Virus record (IMG/VR): IMGVR_UViG_3300028859_000017
Location: 1-64,000 of that record
From: a virus
Length of the DNA: 64,000 nucleotides
Strand: one strand, 5' to 3'
How positions within the stretch are numbered: the stretch's first letter is position 1; every line of letters starts with the position of its first letter. The position numbers and the translations under genes are program-made. A model generated the notes under the pieces. That model saw only the letters and a program-made list of their open reading frames with translations. It had not been told where the DNA came from and made no database searches. Of the stretch, positions 58,242-64,000 are shown one piece after another.

Positions 58242-59378
58242 ATGGATATTCCAAAATTTATTATCTCAGAAAATTTTTCATGGCTTCTAAAAGAATTAGA
58301 GGCATATGACGATCCAAAGGTTACTTATAAATGGCAGGGCCGCAAAGATTTAAGAGGTGGCCTTAGGATGATGTATAGAGAGTATGTTGATTTTGCTAAA
58401 AATGTAATTATAACTAAATCTCCCTCTCCTACTAATGTTAGTTTTGGTGCTACCACAGTAGAGTGTGATGAGTGGCATGTCCTACACAATGACTATCAAA
58501 ATAAAGAGTTAAAGGAAAGATATCCTAAAAATGGTTATACTTGTTTAGTTACGAGTAGAAATTCATTACTAAATGGAACAGCTACTCGTTATTATTGTTC
58601 TTGTGATTGTATGGCATTTCAGACTTTATTTAAGTCAGAAATGCTAAAATATGGATATACAAATGGAACTACTTTACCTTCTACAGGCGTGAAAAAACAA
58701 CAGGCTGCTGTATGTAAGCATTTATTTTCTATATTGACCAAGAAATATGCTGATTTTATCTCCAAAGAATCTGGCCCTGAAGAAAGTGCCTTTATTGTAT
58801 CTAAGGAAATTAAGGCACAAGAACAACCCTTGCCAGCTGAACCTATTCAAGCAGTTTCGCCAAGTGAAGTAAAGAAAAGGGGAAGAATTGCTAAGACTAC
58901 AGATGAGCGTAAAGCAGATTATGAGAAAGTAATTAGACGCTCTTTAAAGTTCTTTAGTAATGTTATGCCAAATACTGTTGAAGTGTATAAAAATTCCAGA
59001 GCTAAAAATGCTTCTGGAGAATTATATAAGAAATACAAATTTATGGTTAAGAAGTATTTTCAAGGTTGGGTTATTGTGTTTACTAATCCAGCACTCAATC
59101 CATTACGAGATAAAATAAAAGATAAAGACTTAGTTCCAATAATGACTAGATTAGCTAATAAGACAGTTCCCTCTGGAGATACTATAGTAGTATACACTAA
59201 GTATTTTTCAAAAGATGAACTTATGAATATGATTAAATCAGAAACTAGAGAAATACAGCAAAATCAAATAGATAAACTTAACAAATCTGGAATAGCCTAT
59301 ACTTTAACAGAAGGAATAGAGATTTTAGATAGTGACGATAATACTTCAATACTTCACGTATTACTAGGGGTTTCTTAA
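58242..59378 (+). CDS. SWIM-type zinc-finger protein
   Basis: CSCDCMAF...VCKHL; TAATTAA at 58231-58237. Confidence 0.6.
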   Translation: MDIPKFIISENFSWLLKELEAYDDPKVTYKWQGRKDLRGGLRMMYREYVDFAKNVIITKSPSPTNVSFGATTVECDEWHVLHNDYQNKELKERYPKNGYTCLVTSRNSLLNGTATRYYCSCDCMAFQTLFKSEMLKYGYTNGTTLPSTGVKKQQAAVCKHLFSILTKKYADFISKESGPEESAFIVSKEIKAQEQPLPAEPIQAVSPSEVKKRGRIAKTTDERKADYEKVIRRSLKFFSNVMPNTVEVYKNSRAKNASGELYKKYKFMVKKYFQGWVIVFTNPALNPLRDKIKDKDLVPIMTRLANKTVPSGDTIVVYTKYFSKDELMNMIKSETREIQQNQIDKLNKSGIAYTLTEGIEILDSDDNTSILHVLLGVS

Positions 59379-59779
59379 TGACTATAACTCTTATATTTGA
59401 AAAAACTGTAGCTGTAAAATATGATACAGTTAATTATCCTGCTGATACTACTGCTGCTTTAGTTAGGCCTTACACAGATTTGCTAGTTGTTTCTAGCAAT
59501 ACTGATACTCCTCCGCAAGTTACGGATTTCGATGCCACTCAAATATCTGTGTTTTATAATGGCCAGGAACTAGGGACTACTACCACTTCAAAATATTTTT
59601 ATTCAGTTACCGCAACCCCAGCAAGCCCTTCTACAGCTACCTTAACTGGTTTTACTATTACAATACATGCCAATCAATCTTATACTAGTCCAGGATATGT
59701 TGGTCAGACTGCTTATGCCCTTTTAATAGGTCCTAACGATTTATTCTTCTTAAATTATACTTATACAATATATAGTTAG
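59378..59779 (+). CDS. Hypothetical beta-rich protein, possibly virion
   Basis: 133 aa Thr-rich; ISVFYNGQEL motif also seen in the C-terminal repeats of the baseplate protein. Confidence 0.45.
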   Translation: MTITLIFEKTVAVKYDTVNYPADTTAALVRPYTDLLVVSSNTDTPPQVTDFDATQISVFYNGQELGTTTTSKYFYSVTATPASPSTATLTGFTITIHANQSYTSPGYVGQTAYALLIGPNDLFFLNYTYTIYS

Positions 59780-59786
59780 GAATATA

Positions 59787-60272
59787 ATGCTAAAAACGCA
59801 AGAGAAACTTTTACAAGATGCTAAAATACAAATAGCACAATATTTGTATAGGTCATTACAAGAACCTACTAATGTCTTAACTATGCTGCTACAGGATATT
59901 TCTGGTAATGGAAATCTAAATTGGCAGATGGATTCAAATAAAAATAAATTATCTAAAGTATTTTATGAGATAGCTAAAAAAATAAATGCCTACACTTTAG
60001 ATAATGGTGATTTTAGAACTTATGTTTTATTACAATTAGTTGAAATTGTATATAATGAATATAAAGAAGAATTATTTACCCAGTTTTTACAGCAAGGGTA
60101 TAATGCCCTACCTGAAAGTATAGTAGCTTCTTTGTCTGATGACTATTCTAAACAGCCTCCACAAAATACAAATTTTCCAGGAACTGAAAATACGTCAGAT
60201 AAATTTATACCTATTTCAGTAAAAGACAGATTAATACCTGAAGCCTTATACTCAGTAAAAGACATTGATTAA
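59787..60272 (+). CDS. Hypothetical protein
   Basis: 161-aa ORF with AGGA RBS. Confidence 0.5.
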   Translation: MLKTQEKLLQDAKIQIAQYLYRSLQEPTNVLTMLLQDISGNGNLNWQMDSNKNKLSKVFYEIAKKINAYTLDNGDFRTYVLLQLVEIVYNEYKEELFTQFLQQGYNALPESIVASLSDDYSKQPPQNTNFPGTENTSDKFIPISVKDRLIPEALYSVKDID

Positions 60273-60636
60273 AAAACTAAAGTTGACTGATTTTTTATCC
60301 CATACCTCTATTATCGACAGTCCTTTAACTTTTCAACCAAAGGAATTCGACAATATGAGTTATCCTATGTCGGATTTTTATAAGGCCATATCAGAACATA
60401 CTGGATTATTTATAGTTAATGGTATAAGTTATACCTCTCTTATACCATCTATAAATAATCTATATTTTTTTATTAAGGAGTCAGTCAATGTTGAATACTT
60501 GTTATCTTTCAATGCTATTATTGACATTAAACAGAAAAAGCTTAATGAATTTATAGTGTTTTATTATCCAGATAGTAAGGTAACTATATTATTACAGGAT
60601 TTTAATAATGTCAAAGAAAACAAAACAACAACTTAA
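60265..60636 (+). CDS. Hypothetical protein
   Basis: 123-aa ORF in operon; start uncertain. Confidence 0.45.
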   Translation: MIKKLKLTDFLSHTSIIDSPLTFQPKEFDNMSYPMSDFYKAISEHTGLFIVNGISYTSLIPSINNLYFFIKESVNVEYLLSFNAIIDIKQKKLNEFIVFYYPDSKVTILLQDFNNVKENKTTT

Positions 60637-61021
60637 GGCCAATCTATATGAGAATGATTATGATTATTTTGAAGAAGAGTTAGAAGCTCCAGTAACTAAA
60701 TTTAAACATATAACTAATACAGTAGTTAAAAAAATAAAACCAATAGTTATACAGACAACAGGAGTTACTGAAGCTGAAAAAAAGTTAGAATTACAAAATA
60801 AAGTCTTTGGTGGAAAAATATCAGATAAAACTGTCTCTTGTAATTGTAATAAATGTGGTCATCATATTAATGGAGTATTAGTAAGTACTATTTATTCTCC
60901 CATTTCTGATTTGGTAACTCCCTTTATTTCTTATGAGTGTTCTTATTGTAAACACATAGGCTATAGAAGTGTTAAAGAAAAATCATTAATAGCAAAAGAA
61001 TTTGATGCAATTTATTTCTAA
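60608..61021 (+). CDS. Zinc-ribbon protein
   Basis: CNKC...CSYC. Confidence 0.55.
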   Translation: MSKKTKQQLKANLYENDYDYFEEELEAPVTKFKHITNTVVKKIKPIVIQTTGVTEAEKKLELQNKVFGGKISDKTVSCNCNKCGHHINGVLVSTIYSPISDLVTPFISYECSYCKHIGYRSVKEKSLIAKEFDAIYF

Positions 61022-61032
61022 TTTACCGATAT
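61006..61032 (+). promoter_or_regulatory. sigma28-like -10 element (weak -35)
   Basis: ACCGATAT at 61025-61032 before the AAGGA RBS. Confidence 0.5.
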
Positions 61033-61053
61033 TTTAATAAAGGACTTTAACTT

Positions 61054-61395
61054 ATGGATTTAATAAAGAAAGCATATGTTTGTGTTAATTGTAAACACAA
61101 GGGAGTAATTCTTAATGCTATTAAAAAGAACGAAGTAATTAGTACTGATTTTTTAAGTGATTATGTTAGACCTTTGGGAATAATTACTGATTCAAAAATT
61201 TATAAATACAATATCATTAGAGATGACTGTGACATTGTTGTAAGTAAGAAACCTTTTGAGTGTGTGTGTGAGAAGTGTGGAAAATCCTCAATAGAATATA
61301 TACCAACTCAGAAGTTTGATAATGTTCTTAACTTCTATAGTGCTGCTGAACCTGAGAAATGGCTTAGGGGCTTTAATGGCTTGGGAAAACGGTAG
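61054..61395 (+). CDS. Zinc-ribbon protein
   Basis: CVNC...CEKC. Confidence 0.55.
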   Translation: MDLIKKAYVCVNCKHKGVILNAIKKNEVISTDFLSDYVRPLGIITDSKIYKYNIIRDDCDIVVSKKPFECVCEKCGKSSIEYIPTQKFDNVLNFYSAAEPEKWLRGFNGLGKR

Positions 61396-61439
61396 AATAG
61401 TAATTAAATGTAGTAAGTTTTTACATCTGAAGGATTGTG

Positions 61440-64000
61440 ATGGTTGACCGTTTATTTAAAAACCTTTTTCAAGAAGCTAAAAGTCCACGAAGAATAAAAG
61501 ACCCCTTAGCTTTTACTTCACTAGCTAAGAAGGAAGAAGAGTCAAAGGGTAAGAAACCAGATAAGAAAACCGTAGCTGTTAATGAGCCTTCTGTGGATAC
61601 TACTCCACTCTCTTTCAATACCCTAGATAGTGAAAAACGAGTTGAGGAATTAGCTAAATCTAAGTATGTCAATAAGGCTACTTCAGAAAGTGACCCCAAT
61701 AAAAATTCAGAGGATACTAATTTAGAAGCTAGATGGGCAGAAGAAAAGGCCCAATATGGCTCTTCTTATATTAAAAATAGAAAATCAGTAAATGAGTTCT
61801 TTGAGGATGCCAAAGAATTACCCGTACTTATAAGTAGTGGAAGATGTAGATATCTAGTAGATAGTATTAAGAATATAATAACCACTAACGAAAATGTATT
61901 AGCTGCTTCAGAAACTGACCCTTCATTTAAAGAGTTAATGTTATTGCTATCAAACCAATCAAATTTCGGTTTAAATTCAAGAAAGCTTAGTGATGTAAAT
62001 GCTAATATGCCAGGATATGTATTTTTTCTATCCTTGGTTTTTCCACTATTAGAACAGAATATAGTGGTTGATTTTTTTAAAAATGCCAATACAGTAAATT
62101 TCTTTTCTTCCCTACAAAAAATGTATTCTGGAACTATTTTTAACTCAATAGAATTTTCACCAGAAACTAATTTCAATTCCTTAGAACACATAAAAGACAG
62201 TAAGTTAAAATCATTTATTCATATATTACAAGAGAGTGTTGTATCTGATTCTGAAGAAGATGCTGAAATTAAACGATTACTTTCTATAGGGTTAAACTAT
62301 GTAGCATTAGGAATGAAAGAAAGTACAATAAAAGCTATTGGCAATAATAAGCATAGAAATGAAATTTCAAAAACTATTTATTATTCTATTTTAAGTTCAT
62401 ATACTCCATTTAATATGGACTTATTTCAATTAGACAATAAAAAAGTAACTGATAATATGGCAAGTAATCGCACTTCTGATGACTTTTTGACTTCTAGTGC
62501 TGATACACTAGTAGCAGCTAAAAGAACTTTAATACTAGAAGACCCTATTCTAACTAAGGGCACTTTAGGTAGAAACATAAGAGATGAATTAGCTTTTACT
62601 TATGCAAAAAATAGTGATAAGCTTAAAAAGCAAAGAAAGAATACCAGAATAGCAAAAGTAAGAGAAGTTGAAAAGATAAATAATGACACTATTAAATTTT
62701 TTCATGTGGTAGTAGAGAATTTCCCAGAATTAAAAGACTCCTTTACTGAATTAGATAATATTTTAGAGGACTTTTTTACAGAGACTTCCTTACCTACTAA
62801 GGAAGAAGATAAAAATCAAAACGATAAGTTAACTAGTCTGTGTCATGAGGCTTTTGAGAGGCTACATACTTTTGCAATAAATGGTCTAGATAAGTTAGAT
62901 GTAGTTTTAACTAATCCGGATTATCTAACCAATATTTTTAATTCAGCAATAAAAAATAATCCAAAAATATTAGAGGAATTATCAACAGAGCAGGATAGAC
63001 TGTCTTATGTGAATAGCACATATGTGGCTCCATTTAAGGCTACTCTAGAAAGAAAATATAGAGAGTTTTCAGAAGTTACTGAGGGTGATATTTATGTATT
63101 ACTTAAGACAGTAGTTTCTATAACACTGGCTAAAACTGGCTTGTTATCTATAAAAGAATTAAAGAAGAATTTAGAAGAAACATATAAAAAGCATTTAAGT
63201 GATGCTTCCCTTACTTCAAATGGATATAGATTTGATGGCTTTATCTTTTTTAGAAGTGTATTAAAATTAGATGAACTTTTATTGGAAGCTGATAAGATAG
63301 TAAGAAAATCTCCCAAACAATTAGAGGCTTCTTTAAATACTAAAAAAGCAGAGAGAGATACTCATGCGGATTATTTTAATCAGCTACAGACTGCTAGAAA
63401 GAGAATTTTAGATACAGAGTATTTATTACATCATATGAATGCTGCGGTATCCCTTTTATTTAAAAAGATTTCTGCTAAAATAGCTAATGCTGATTTAGCT
63501 ACTCTGAGAGAATTAGTATTTGGTATAGAAGATACTGATAAAGAAACTAATAATGGACTATCATCGTTCTTTAATGATTTAATAAAGGATATATCAGCTA
63601 ATTTCTTTTCTGAGCAATCTCCATATAAATTATACCTGCTATCAGAGGAAGATATACTACAAAATTCAGAAAAGGCCAATATTTTAATTGTTAATGATTT
63701 AATACAAAAAGCCAAGAATAAAGTGTTAGCCACTGAAGGTGTTTTCAGTACTAATATGGATTATTATGAAGGTTTAACTAATGACTATATAGACTTTATC
63801 AATTTAGCTGCCTCAATACAAAAGAATTTTTCTGGTCTAAGTATGACTTCTGAGGGTATTCCAGAATTAAACTTCAATCTTGACCCAGCAAGTGATTCTA
63901 ATAGTTTCTTCGGTAATTTTTTTAGTGGATTACCTACTACTGTATCTATTAATCCAATAGCAACTTTATGTTTTCATAAGTTTATTCTTTCTAAATTAAC
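61440..64000 (+). CDS. Large hypothetical protein, over 850 aa, truncated by the window end; possible head-internal protein
   Basis: Not in the ORF track; ATG at 61440 with AAGGA RBS reads MVDRLFKNLFQEAKSPRRIK...; frame open in the stretches checked by hand at both ends; TAATTAA at 61401. Confidence 0.7.
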   Translation, partial: MVDRLFKNLFQEAKSPRRIKDPLAFTSLAKKEEESKGKKPDKKTVAVNEPSVDTTPLSFNTLDSEKRVEELAKSKYVNKATSESDPNKNSEDTNLEARWAEEKAQYGSSYIKNRKSVNEFFEDAKELPVLISSGRCRYLVDSIKNIITTNENVLAASETDPSFKELMLLLSNQSNFGLNSRKLSDVNANMPGYVFFLSLVFPLLEQNIVVDFFKNANTVNFFSSLQKMYSGTIFNSIEFSPETNFNSLEHIKDSKLKSFIHILQESVVSDSEEDAEIKRLLSIGLNYVALGMKESTIKAIGNNKHRNEISKTIYYSILSSYTPFNMDLFQLDNKKVTDNMASNRTSDDFLTSSADTLVAAKRTLILEDPILTKGTLGRNIRDELAFTYAKNSDKLKKQRKNTRIAKVREVEKINNDTIKFFHVVVENFPELKDSFTELDNILEDFFTETSLPTKEEDKNQNDKLTSLCHEAFERLHTFAINGLDKLDVVLTNPDYLTNIFNSAIKNNPKILEELSTEQDRLSYVNSTYVAPFKATLERKYREFSEVTEGDIYVLLKTVVSITLAKTGLLSIKELKKNLEETYKKHLSDASLTSNGYRFDGFIFFRSVLKLDELLLEADKIVRKSPKQLEASLNTKKAERDTHADYFNQLQTARKRILDTEYLLHHMNAAVSLLFKKISAKIANADLATLRELVFGIEDTDKETNNGLSSFFNDLIKDISANFFSEQSPYKLYLLSEEDILQNSEKANILIVNDLIQKAKNKVLATEGVFSTNMDYYEGLTNDYIDFINLAASIQKNFSGLSMTSEGIPELNFNLDPASDSNSFFGNFFSGLPTTVSINPIATLCFHKFILSKL

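Noticed and set aside
60311-60337. GTCGATAA on the minus strand resembling a sigma28 -10
   Set aside because: Antisense inside a coding region with no correctly spaced -35 and no downstream gene
61469-63733. Short minus-strand ORFs
   Set aside because: Antisense shadows of the large plus-strand ORF starting at 61440
1-64000. Stop-codon reassignment, tRNA genes, group I introns
   Set aside because: Core genes are intact in the standard code and end in TAA, TAG or TGA; no cloverleaf seen; terminase, portal, capsid and recA are uninterrupted, so the endonucleases are free-standing

Overview
AT-rich segment of a large T4-like (myovirus) phage genome read in the standard genetic code. Positions 1-54.8 kb are almost all minus strand. 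Reading right to left they carry a permuted papain-like amidase, gp32-like SSB, RecA/UvsX, a sigma-70-family (gp55-like) sigma factor, an intein-interrupted DPPY methyltransferase, terminase, portal, prohead protease, scaffold, major capsid protein, dNMP kinase, tail tube, sheath, hub, tape measure, baseplate and many fibre-like proteins. After a divergent switch near 54.85 kb, plus-strand genes encode a degenerate and an intact 5'-3' exonuclease, primase, several Zn-finger proteins and a large ORF running off the end. The region carries many endonuclease-like genes (GIY-YIG, two HNH, Hef-like, intein LAGLIDADG). Main highlights: (1) a family of modular zinc-ribbon-repeat nucleases with 3, 4 or 5 repeats, hypervariable putative recognition residues and two 50-aa internally deleted mini-copies; (2) a sigma28/FliA-type promoter (TAAA-like, N15, NYCGATAW) in front of replication and endonuclease genes and the phage sigma gene, alongside a separate (G/T)AATTAA motif in front of virion genes; (3) a probable frameshift at the end of the gp26-like gene; (4) a twin-hairpin operator before ssb; (5) a structured, origin-like region at the strand switch. 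All calls come from motif recognition by eye; no searches were run.
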